Of a DNA stretch of 14,579 nt, positions 1-10,209 are shown piece by piece; positions within the stretch are counted from its first letter, which is position 1; each line of letters begins with the position of its first letter. The notes beneath the pieces were generated by a model that had not been told where the DNA came from, searched no databases, and was given only the letters and a program-made list of their open reading frames with translations. The translations under genes were made by a program, and so were the position numbers. The stretch spans positions 1-14,579 of the forward strand of contig CBFFSA010000088.1 of the NCBI GenBank assembly GCA_965644495.1, in the 5' to 3' direction. The stretch is from Perkinsela sp. CCAP 1560/9 (Eukaryota > Protista > Euglenozoa: Kinetoplastea).

Positions 1-2313
1 CATAACTATCGTCACGATCAAGTTTACGAGGCTTTGGTTTTTGTTCAACTTCTTCCTCTATACAAAACGGAAAATTAAGAAAAATAATAAAATAAAAAAT
101 AAAAAATAAAAAAAAAAGGGGGGAAAAAAAAAATAATGAAAAAAAGAAAATGAAAAGAATTACCACCAGGAACGACAACACCCATAGCACGCAACCTATC
201 TTTTGTTTTCTCAGAAAGTTCTTTCTTATTAGCTTTACGAAAAGAAGGAAGAGGTTGATCAGTAGTAGGAGCAGAAGGACTCGAACTTGCAGCAATCCCC
301 AACTCCTCCAAAACCTTCAACTCATCCAAAAGTTTGTCTTCTTTCTCTCCAAAACTTGATGATAATCCTGTTGGTGGTAGTACTCCTGTTTCTTCTGCTG
401 TTGCTTCTGCCAATTTCTTCTTCTCTTCTTCTTGTTTCTTCTTTTCTTCTTCTTGTTTCTTCTTCTCTTCTTCTCTTTTCTTTTGTTCTTCTCTCCTCTC
501 TTCTTCTAACCTCTTCTCCTCTTCTTCCAATCTCCTCTCTTCTTCTTCTTGTCTCCTCAACTCCTCTTGTCTCAACCTCTCTTCTTCTTCTCTTTGTTGC
601 TCCGCAGCTAGACGTTGCTCTTCCTCCATCAAAGCCTCCAATCTCTTCTGTTCAGCCAACTCCGCTTGTCTTCTCTCTTCTTCAGCCCGCCTCTCTTCCT
701 CCTGTGCTCTCTTCCTTTCTTCTTCAGACCTCCTCATTTCCTCTTCAAATTTTTCTTCAGCCTTCCTCCTCTCTTCTTCAAGGGCTCTCCTCCTTTCTTC
801 CTCTTGTTTTCGAGCGATATCGTTTATTTGTGACTTGGGTCTTCGTGGAGACTCAGAAAGAGAATTTCCCACTTTGGTTGGTTCCATCATTGATGCAGAA
901 GCTCGATTAAACCCTCGATTTTGTGTCACACAAAACCGAGAATGTTCTTTCACCTTCGAAACAGGAATCTGTTGCTTACAGAGTGAACAAGTCAAAGCAC
1001 CTAAAGATTCCATACTTGCATGCGAAAGGGCAGGCCGTTTGGGCGGTTTAGCAGGGGCGCCTGCCCTTCCTGGACTTTCCAGAGTGGGTGAATTTAATTG
1101 ACCAGGAGGGGCACGAGGTGGCAACGATGGTGGTGGTCCCCTCGCCGAATCAGGAGCATCACCCTGAGAGGAACGAAGATTACGAAGATGTGAAACGTCA
1201 GATTGTGTTGGGCGACCTTGCAAAACTTCAAAACCAGAAAAGGGTTTGTCTCCGCGGCGGATTTCGATTGTGTTGATCCCTGCCAGAATTAACATGATGT
1301 TTTCATCAGGATCCGCTTTTCTTGGGAGGACACGACCTGAAAAGAGTGAAAATAAATATTAATGAATGTGGTGAGATGGTGAAGGATATTATTCAAAAAA
1401 TCTTATTCAACAACAACAAAAAAAAAAAGATACGAACCGAAAGTATCTGATTTTGGACCATTTGGAGCAGGTAAGATGTGAAAAGAAAGTGTATCATAAT
1501 CCAACTTCAACTTCTTTGCAACTTCGTAAAGAAATGCTTCAATAATCGTCTCTCCATCTGTTGCCACTGCTGACTTACTCGCAGTTTCCTCCCACACTCG
1601 AATGACTCTTTTTGGTAGGACCTTTTTCTAAAGAAAAGAGAAAATGTTTAGAATTTTTTTAATTATTGTTTAAACCACTCAAAAAGAAAAAGAAAGAGAG
1701 AGGAGAGAAAAGAAAACCTGTAAACGCCTCGAACCTCGATTCCCTCCTGAAGGAGCTCCCTCCATCGTCGCTCCACTTTCGGTACGAGAAACAGGCACTC
1801 CTGAACCTTCAGTTTTAATGATTGATTGAGAATTTTTGAATGATGTTGATCGTCTGTACGCCTGGATGATTGGGGTTTTTTAGTTATAAAAATAAATGGG
1901 GGGGGGGGGGTAGAAAGGAGGCATTTTTCACCAATAATAAAAAAAAGGAAATCAAAAAGAGAATAATTTTTTTTTTCAAATAACAGAGGGACAAACAATA
2001 ATGACCCCCCATCGATTTAAACTTGACAAACAATCACAAAATCAACACAAACAAAACCAACACAAACAAAAAACCTTTTTCATTTCAACATTCGCCGCAT
2101 CTTTTCGGAGTGTGTTTTCTGTTCCATCTTTGATAAGTTGTGAAACTTGACGTGTGAATCTGTAGTAGACCATAAGAAAAGAGAGAAAAATAACAAGATA
2201 ATAATAAAAAAAGAAAAGAAAAAAGAAAAAGAAAAAGAAAGAAAAAGAAAGAAAAAGAAAGAAAAAAAAAAGAAAAAAAGAAAAAAAGAAAAAAAGAAAA
2301 AAAAAAAAAAAAG

Positions 2314-2408
<95 letters not shown>

Positions 2409-3519
2409 TCTTTGTAACACCACCAGAACAAGCCTGCCTCAAAATAGTCATCCAAGCAGCCATACTCTCTTTCGTCTCAGCACAAACAGCAGTTGTCTTC
2501 TTTGGATCAGAAATATAAAACATGTGAGGAGGAAGTTTGTCATGTTTTACTCTTGGTAATTCTACACTTGTTGTTAACCCAACTTGAATGGCTCCTCGAG
2601 GTTTTTTACTCTGTTTTTTTTTGTTTGTTTTTTTTTTTGTTAGATTTTTATTTTTGTTTTATTATTATTTTTTCTCTTTGTTTTTTTATTTTCTCAATTT
2701 TTTTTTCAAATAATTATATTTCTATTCATAATAAGAGAAATCCTTTCACATTAAACAATCAAGGCAACAACCAATTTTATGAGACAATCTATCTAAAAGC
2801 TAACCGAAGATTGATTCTAAACTCTTCTCCTTTCTCTCTTCTTTCGACATATTTTTCAAGAAACTCCAATTCAAATAAATAAATAAATAATAAATCAAAA
2901 GAAATAAAACAAAAGAAATAACAAAACAAAAGAAATATAATAAAATAAAAAAAAACAAAACAAAAAAATAAAAACCATTGGACGATCATAATATTCCAAA
3001 GTTTTTTCCTTTAAAACAAACCATTTCATATCCCATCCTTTCCCTCCAGTTCGTTGTTTTCGAAGATATCCCTCAAATAAAACCCCCTTTTTCTCTTGTG
3101 ATTGTTTTCCCTTCTCTTTCTCTTTCTCTTTCTCTTTCTCTTTCTCTTGTACTTTTCCTTTTTCTTTGTCGTGTGTCTTCTTCTCTTTGTCGTGTGTTTT
3201 CTTCTCTTTCTCTTTCTCTTTTTTGTCCTGTTGATTCAAGGGGGTAAGAAAAGAGGGATAAAGAGAAGGAGAAGAAAGAACAAAAGAGATGAAGAAGAAG
3301 AGTAAGAGAAAATAAGAACAAAGGAAATGAAAGAGAAAAGAGGGACAAAAGAAAACAAAGAGACAACGAGACAAAGAGACAAAAGAGACACACGAGACAA
3401 AAGAGACAAAAGAGACACACGAGACAAAAGAGAAAAGAGACAAAAGGGAGAAAAGGTGAGGGTGAGAAACAAAAGAGAAAAGAGAGAGAAAAGAGAGAGA
3501 GAGAGAGAACGTGAGGCAT
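1..3519 (-). CDS. Multi-exon PH + RA-like + C2HC zinc finger + single-alpha-helix signalling adaptor (3' end beyond the left window edge, >=704 aa)
   Basis: Inferred exons (minus): 3519-3511 (MPH), 3227-2976, 2610-2408, 2159-2075, 1861-1718, 1627-1438, 1336-164, 57-<1. All 7 introns are GT..AG with compatible phases (0,0,2,0,0,1,1), giving one stop-free frame: MPHDKKEKEKEKKTHDKEKK...VLFEGYLRKQRTGGKGWDMKWFVLKEKTLEYYDRPM/SKKPRGAIQV...AETKESMAAWMTILRQAC...EEEVEQKPKPRKLDRDDSY. The 9-nt first exon is the least certain part. Confidence 0.85.
405..816 (-). other. E/R/K-rich charged single alpha helix (SAH) / coiled coil, ~135 aa
   Basis: Repeating EEERRR / EEERKR / QEEEKKK blocks with no Pro or Gly. 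Confidence 0.8.
930..989 (-). other. C2HC zinc finger, UBZ4/Rad18-type spacing
   Basis: CSLCKQQIPVSKVKEHSRFC = C-x2-C-x11-H-x3-C. Confidence 0.7.
1257..1615 (-). other. Ras-association / ubiquitin-like beta-grasp domain (split by intron 1437-1337)
   Basis: KRVIRVWEETASKSAVATDGETIIEAFLYEVAKKLKLDYDTLSFHILP...GRVLPRKADPDENIMLIL matches the RA/FERM-F1 layout by eye: beta-beta, T-x-x helix ending KKL.L, beta, R.L..DE.I. Confidence 0.6.
2200..2403. repeat. Intronic poly(A)/(GAAAAA)n tract (poly-U in pre-mRNA), with ~90 uninterrupted A at 2314-2403
   Basis: Read directly; lies in intron 2407-2160 of the PH gene. Confidence 0.95.
2425..3087 (-). other. PH domain (split by intron 2975-2611)
   Basis: Classic PH pattern: EGYLRKQ...W..KWFVLK..TLEYY...KPRGAI...FYI......A.T.ESMAAWMTILRQA, with the invariant C-terminal helix Trp. 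Boundaries approximate. Confidence 0.9.
3361..3510. repeat. 9-bp minisatellite (GAGACAAAA / GAGACACAC units) grading into (GA)n
   Basis: gagacaaaa gagacacac gagacaaaa gagacaaaa gagacacac gagacaaaa; in intron 1 of the PH gene. Confidence 0.85.
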
Positions 3520-4033
3520 TGTGAAAAGAAGAAAAAAAAAGATCCACAAAAAAAAAAAAAGACAAAATGAAAAAAAGTTTGTTGGTTTTTTTTTGGTCAC
3601 CAAAACAAACACCAAAAACATCCTACTACCTTTCCCAAACTGAAAAATCAAACGTAAAACTCCCTTTGAATCGACTTTGATGCATTTTTGAAAGAATAAA
3701 GGTTCGTACAACCGACAATTGGTCCTAAATTGATTTTCAAAAAAAAAAAAGAAAACTTTAGAAAAACGCTTCAAATTTTATTGCGATCCCAATAAAATTT
3801 TCGATCTTTTTCTTTTTATGATCTTTTGTTTTTTTTTTTAGAAAATCTTTATTTATTGGGTGATTTGATGCACAACAAAAAAAGAGAGAAAATCCGGTTT
3901 TCTCTCTAACGGTTGAAAGGAAAAGGGGGGGCACGAAATAAAAAGGGAGAGAAGGAGAGTGAAGGAGAGTGAAAGAGAGCGAAAAAGGTATGTGGAAGAA
4001 GAAGAAGGAGAAATAAAAAATAAAAAAATTAAT

Positions 4034-7000
4034 TTAGTCCACCTGAAAAGTCAACTTTCTTTGAATCGGAGCAGATTCAGTATCAATACAAAACGAAATC
4101 TTATCATCCTCTTTCATCTTCCCATGGCTCAAAGTACGAGCCCGAATTCTCTTGTCTTCGCTCTTTTCTTCCTCCTCTTCTTCAATTGCTTCTTCTTCAC
4201 CAGAACTTCGCATAATACGATCAGCATCCTCAACTTTCATTAACGTTTGGTTCCTTACAATATTCTTCTTCATTCCAAACATACTCTTTGTCCTCGTCAA
4301 TTGTCTCTGAAGTTGTTGTGGGTTTGAAGTGGGAGGGACATTTTCGGGGGGTTTTCCAATAGTATCAAGATCTCTCAAATTGGCAAAGGCTGCTTGTTTG
4401 GAGACATTTCGATCTATTAACTTGATAGAAGGCCTTCTCATTAACAACAATGGTTTCGCTTTTCGGCCGCTCTTGAGAGGTTCTCGTTGTGGCTCAACAG
4501 GTGGTAATTCAATGCTCATATTACGGTGTTCCTTCTCAAATCCTTCTTCATTCGAAGTCTCCATCATAACATCGTTGAGTCTCAAAAGAATTTCCGAAAA
4601 AGGTGGTCGTCGTTTGGGTTCTTGATTCCAACAATCTTCGATGAGACTTCGGTAATGGCGACTACATCGATCGGGAATGGGAGGTCTCGCTTTATTCAAG
4701 ACTGTCTCTTGAATCTCCCACATGAACTCAAACTCTTCATATGGTTTTGTTCTCACCAACATCTCCCACATAATAATCGCATAACTATAAACATCCACTT
4801 TCTCGGTATAAGGAAGACAAGAAAGAATCTCAGGAGCCAACCAAGTGGGGTTATCGACAACTCTTTCTTGTAAATCAGGTGAAAGAAGAAGCTTCCTCGA
4901 TAATCCAAAATCTGCTACCTTTGCAATTAACCTTTTTCCGATTCCTGTTTTCTCTTCCGTCAACAAAATATTGGGGCTCTTAATGTCTCTATGAATCAAA
5001 TGATTTTTGTGCAAAAACTCCATTCCAAGCGCAATATCCGTCGCAAAATGGACCCGCAAATCCCAATCGAGAACATTTTCTTTGTTGTAAATATAGTCGT
5101 ACAATGTCCCGTATTGCATAAACTCTAGAACAATACAGAAAGGCTCCATAATGAACCCTGGAAAAAAGAGATATTCAATCTTCAAATATATGGTTTTCTT
5201 TTTCTTTCAAAAAATAATAAAAAATAAAGAAAGTATCTCGAAATATTATTGCATTCAAAAGGCTCACAACAATGAAAAATAACAATAAGAACAAAGAATC
5301 AATTATTCACACACACAAAAAAAGAAAATAGAAAATAGAAAATAAAACCTTTTAAATCGACAATACGAGAGTGTTGCATCGTACTAAACATGGAAACTTC
5401 CCGTCGAAACTCATCAAACACAGACAACATTTGATCATTTTGTTCCTCTTCACCTTCTCCACTTTCTTCATCACTATCATTCTCCAAAGAAGCCATCTAT
5501 ATAATTGAAAAAGAAAAGAAAAAAAAGTCCATAAATTGAAAAAGAAAGGAAATGAGTGAATGAATATTGAAGAAAAAAGAAAGAGGAAATAAAAGCGGAA
5601 ATAAAAGAGGAAATAAAAGAGGAAAATAAAAGAAGAAATAAAAATGAAAAAATATGAAAAAATATGTTTAAAAAAAAAAGACAAACCGAGGGTAATACGA
5701 GCTGTTTTACGGCAACATATTCACCCTTCCAACGAGCACGATAAACTTTTGCAAAAGCACCTTCTCCAATTTCATCCAGTTTTTCAATGTCTTCCCATCG
5801 AATCCCTTCACCTCGAACAAGCCTCAAACTCATGTCTGGTACTAATTTACTCGTCAGAACAACAGTCCCAGATTTTCGGCAAACAAGAGTTTCCTTTCCA
5901 GCTGCTACAGCCACTTGACACTCTCGCAAACTGAACGAAAAGGGCTTCGGGTCATCATTTAAGAGGCAATGAGAACACGGCACTTTCACTGTCATCGGAA
6001 TCTTCAGCTTTTCGGTTAATAACATATCCATGTTTTCAGTCATAACAGAGAAGTGGGAATTACTGTTTTCATCACCATCCAGCCTTAACTTGATCTGTCT
6101 ACCACTCTCTGACGTCTGCAATAAAACTTTTGTCTTATCCTCATCACAAGTGATCAGAATCCCTGCTTGCCAATGAGCATCAGGGGTCCATCCAGGAATC
6201 TGCATAAACTGAACGAGGAGCTTTGGGAAGAAGGTTGGGGGGGGTAAATACTCCAAGAAATAGTCTCTTCCGTATTTTCCCACACTTGGTTCGTTCTCCA
6301 GCGTTCGTCCGCCCATTCTTGACATCACTCTTCGAAGGCTCGTCGTCTTTGGCAGGATCGCCATTTTTGGTCTGTCTTTCTCTAATAAAGAGGGGATGAG
6401 ATAGCCTTTTGCTGTTGGGGAACACGTCGGGCCACCCTCGGATGCGGCTCGTGCCCTTGTGCTTTGCGGGGTCCCAGGTTCTCTGTCTTCTTTGGGTTTC
6501 ATTCGGCGTCTCATATAAGTTGCTGGAACAGACTCGATCTCATAAATCAACCCTGCATTACATAAACTCTTCTTAATAAAAGGCAAGAACTTGGTAGGAA
6601 ACTCTGGCGGTGACCAAACTAATGGCGCATGCTGTTCTAATAGAATCGCACCCACCACGACCTTTCGATCATTTTTGACGAGTGTATTGTACATATTGAT
6701 CATCCACTGAGGATCCAAAACAATAATGTCATTGTCAACATCTTCAGCATAACGAACAATCCCTAACTTATGAAGAAATTTTACGGCATTTTTGGTATCA
6801 TCCACTCCCACTTCTTTTGCTATGTGAGAGAATGAGTCAAAGTTGACAGTTGAGAAAGTGTGTTGTGATGCGTGTCGAAATGCTTTCATCTGGAAAGAAA
6901 AAAAAATTGTGAATTCGCTGCTCCTTAGACCTCCAATAAAAGAAAAGAAAAAAGAAAAGAAAAAAGAAAAGAAAAAAGAAAAGAAAAAAGAAAAAAAAAA

Positions 7001-10000
7001 AAAAGAAAAAAGAAAAAAGAAAAAAGAAAAAAGAAAAGAAAAACCTTTGCTTCGAGATATAAAAACGGGACAGAAACTTGAAGAGGCATTTCGGGATGAC
7101 TCACAGTTAACTTAATGATCGAGTTGACTACCTCATCCATTCCTCTCTCTGTTTTTAGGCTCACAGGACAATAGCTTCGAACCAATTCCATTTCTTCTGG
7201 GCACCGAGCCTTATTCTTGATTTGGTTAAACACACTCTTCACATACCCAGCAGAACACATTCTATCTTCCCAATGTGTTCCACAAATGATGAGTGGAGAT
7301 CCAGGAGCATACGCCCCAAGGATATTTAACCAACTGTGGACGTCTTCTAACTCTTCGGTCTTAGTTAAGTCGAACGAGAGGAGATAAATCACCCAGTCTG
7401 TGAATAAAAAGAGGCGGTGGCAAGGATCAATTCCAGAACCACTGTGAGAATCAATAACACTCGTATCCCAAATCGAAAACTCAATGTAATCATCCAGCCC
7501 AGAATACTCCATCAAGGAAGTTTTCACTCTCCATTCGACAAGCTGGAGTCTTCTGGAAGCTTTACTGGCTGTAAAGTCCTGGGCTGTCACAATATTTGTC
7601 GTTGGGCTTCCAGACGCATCAGCAAGACCAGTTGCCAACCCTTCGTTTGAAGAAGATGAGGAAGACGTTGTCCCTCGCCCGGTTGTCCTGAGCGCTTTTC
7701 CTCGACTTTTCCTTCCGGTGTTCAGAAGCGCAGCAGCCATCTTTCGATCTGTGTCTCCCAACAGGACCACCTTCACTCGATAAATACTCTTTGTTGATTC
7801 TTTTCCAATTTCAAGCTCGCGAAGCCGCTTCAAAAGCTCCTTATCTTCTAACTTTAAAACATCTTTGGGAAGATTACGCAACGGATTCCCACCTATCCTC
7901 AAAGTTTTGATTCCAGTTAAATATGTGACAGCATACAATGGAAGTTGGGTTATTCGATTGTTGCGGACATCGAGGGTGCGAAGGAGCTGAAGTCGTTGAA
8001 TTGAATCTGGAAGGGCTCCGATTTTGTTATTTGCAGCATAAATATGTCGTAAGCGAGATAAGCGACCTAAGTTATCAGGGAGGTTGACGAGTACGTTATC
8101 GTTGATAACGAGTTCTTCGAGCATTTGCATTTGGGTGACGGCATCCGGAAGAGATCGAATCCCGTTGTGTGATAAATTGAGTACAGTTGTTGCACCTAAA
8201 CAAAAAAATGAATAAAACAAATTGTTGACTGCTTGGGGGGAATTGGGAAAAGTAAGGGGAAAGTAACAAACCAAGAATCTTAAAATTCAAAGTTGGGAGA
8301 AGTTGATTCATATCCTTGAGGTCTCGACCACGGATATTTAATTCTGTGTCGCGACGATCAAGATACTGTGTTATTTGGCGATTCGCTTCTAAGTAACCAG
8401 CATATTCCTCAATCAATTCAGGAGGAAGACCGCGTACAGCTAGGCAAGTTTGGGGGGGAAACAAAGGAGGGGGAAGAGATATATACATTTTGGCTTGTGG
8501 GGTTGAGGGTCCAGGTTTTGAAATAGTTATAGAAGGGACTGAAGCGCTGGATGCGCTCAGAGGAGAGGATGCATTGAGAGAACTTGCGTTTACTGAGGAA
8601 TTGAAGAAAGGAAGAAAGGAAACTTGCGGATTTGAAGTTGATAAAGACTTTGTGGTTGGAGTTGAAGGCTGAAGTTGGGAAGAGGAAAAAGCCTGGGGCT
8701 CGGATGACGATATAGAAACAGAAGAGGAAGAATGGGAGATTGATGGATTAGTGGTTGAGGCAATCGCAGCTGAAGATGAAGATTGGACCAGAGAGGGCGA
8801 AGAAGCCTCGCTAGTGGAAGAAGAAGGAGGGGTCATTAAAAATTCATAAATGCTCTCGTCTGAACCGCTTTCTTCGGCAGAAAAAAGTGTCAACTCATCC
8901 ATCACCAAATTCGGTCGCAATAAAGGTAGGAATCCTTTAGCAGCTTTATAGTGTATCTTATTGTTATGTAAATAAAGACGTCTTACGCGTGAAGTGGTCT
9001 CAAGTAAAGGTCCGAGAAGTTGAAGGTCTTCGTTTGGATTTGCTAAACCCTCATGTGACAGGTCAATCACTTCTACCTCTGTTTCACTTGAACAAACAGC
9101 CCTCACAAATATTTTTAAGAGCTTCTTCTTCAATTTGAGACCCCTTAAACAAATCTTGAGTAAAAACTTGTCTCCTCGTTCAAGACGCGAAATAATATCA
9201 GGAAAATCATCAACAGCCCCTTCAAAATTCTTTGACAGAAACGAAGTCTCTGAGGGCGACTCACCTCTGCTTCTTCCCAGAGAACTGGTCTCTTTGGATT
9301 TCAAACCCTTCTCTTTTTTAGAACCAAACAAAGAAGGCCGTTTCAAAAAAGAGGCTTTTCTTTTTGTTGGAGAACCAGTTTTGCTGATACTCGGTTGGGA
9401 AATTAGGGGTCCAACACCGCTGTCAGTTAGGAGGTTTTCAGAGGAGGGAGATGAAGATACAGTGTTTAGTGAATGGCGGTGTTGGTTGGCCTGTGCTTTT
9501 TGTAGCTCTGGGGTGCCCCCTGTGTAGGTCTTTCTGTACGCCTTTCCCTTTTGGAGTGTCTTTTCAGATATTTGGGTTGGATAAGAACTGTTTGTGCCAC
9601 TTGGAGAGGGAGAGGGAGGTTTTGAAGAGGGAGTAGGTGAAGAAGAGACAACTGAAGATGATGCGGAAGAAGCCAAGGAGCTTGTTCCATCGAGTAAAGG
9701 GTAAGAGGGAAAATGTTCATTACTTGAAGAGGCCATCGCCTTATCAACATGAGTTTTCAAATTAGATCCTGAAGTCGACCTCTTTTTGGAGGGCTTTAAT
9801 GAGAGCTCAGGCTGTGGGTGGTGATGGTCACAAAAAGAGAAAGAAAAAGAAAGAAAGAGAAAAAGAAAGAAAGAGAAAGAAAAAGAAAGAAAAGGGGAAA
9901 AAGATTGTTCAAAGGAAAAGAAGGACAAGGAAACAAGGAAGATCTAAGAGAAGAGAGAGGGAGAGGGAGAAGACATAGCAACACACGAACCTTTGTTCCA

Positions 10001-10209
10001 GAGCTATGGGAGGAATTTCGATGGCGAGAGCGAGAGCGAGAGAGGCGTTTCTTCTTTTTCTCTTTTTTTGATGACAAATCATCTCCAGTTGATCTCGTCA
10101 GCTCATCTTCTGGGTCGCATTGTTGTTCAAAGAATGAATTTGAGTTATTTCGTGGAAAGGGAGAAACAGATGAAACAGATGAAACAGTTTCTGATGTGTC
10201 TGAATCCAT
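4034..10209 (-). CDS. ROCO-family LRR-ROC-COR serine/threonine (TKL) kinase, Dictyostelium Pats1/Roco-like, ~1794 aa, degenerate ROC GTPase (called ROCO-1 here)
   Basis: Inferred exons (minus): 10209-9991, 9811-8272, 8195-7045, 6889-5687, 5496-5349, 5157-4034; 5385 nt in total. All introns are GT..AG with matched phases (0,1,0,0,1). LRRs (LNLSHNGIRSLP, LDVRNNRITQLP, LRIGGNPL), ROC (EFSIWD...IYLLSFDL...SWL...APGSPLIICGTH...VS), COR (AVKFLHKLGIV..IVLDPQWM..YLIPSLL..FFPKLLV..HWQAGI..VPCSHC..LVPDMSL), kinase (GEGAFAKVY, VAVK, FRREV, HRDIKSPN, DFG, NPTWLAPE, DVYSY, CW.QEP.RRP). Confidence 0.93.
4570..5803 (-). other. Tyrosine-kinase-like kinase domain, catalytically intact (spans 2 introns)
   Basis: Gly loop, beta3 Lys (VAVK), alphaC Glu (RREV), HRD+K, DFG and APE are all present. 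Confidence 0.95.
5583..5643. repeat. ~12-bp tandem repeat (GAGGAAATAAAA)x~5 in intron 4 of ROCO-1
   Basis: gaggaaataaaa gcggaaataaaa gaggaaataaaa gaggaaaataaaa gaagaaataaaa. Confidence 0.8.
6940..7043. repeat. (GAAAAGAAAAAA)n low-complexity repeat in intron 3 of ROCO-1
   Basis: Read directly. Confidence 0.85.
7100..7785 (-). other. ROC domain of ROCO-1 (degenerate)
   Basis: RVKVVLLGDTDRKMAAALL at the P-loop position; IWDTSVID at the WDFAGQ position; GTHWED and VSLK at G4/G5. Confidence 0.85.
8880..9215 (-). other. N-terminal RNase-inhibitor/tropomodulin-type LRR block of ROCO-1
   Basis: IISRLERGDKFLLKICLRG...VEVIDLSHEGL...LLETTSRVRRLYLHNNKI..AAKGFLPLLRPNLVMDELTL: ~28-aa LRR spacing, distinct from the ~23-aa LRRs next to ROC. 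Confidence 0.7.

Noticed and set aside
287-1101. Long plus-strand Ser/Leu/Phe-rich ORFs (287-910, 334-1101)
   Set aside because: Antisense shadows of the GAA/AGA-rich SAH exon; such sequence lacks stops on the opposite strand.
2042-2523. Poly-Phe and poly-Lys ORFs
   Set aside because: Translations of the intronic poly(A/T) tract, bounded by in-phase GT..AG sites.
3361-3450. Repeat array superficially like CRISPR
   Set aside because: 9-bp low-complexity units without unique spacers; eukaryotic intron; no cas genes.
3227-4042. Possible phase-0 splice from ROCO-1 (CAG|GTGGAC at 4042) to PH exon 3227, giving a ROCO-PH fusion
   Set aside because: Frame-compatible, but the donor does not match the local GTT consensus, the intron would be far longer than the others, and the PH gene has its own plausible ATG exon. 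Not excluded without RNA data.
5830-5985. Cys cluster (VPCSHC...EC...VC) in ROCO-1 as a novel zinc finger
   Set aside because: A usual feature of the C-terminal COR region of eukaryotic ROCO kinases.
4034-10209. Frameshifted pseudogene or several separate genes, as the ORF track suggests
   Set aside because: Every break is explained by a phase-compatible GT..AG intron, giving a single continuous ROCO protein.
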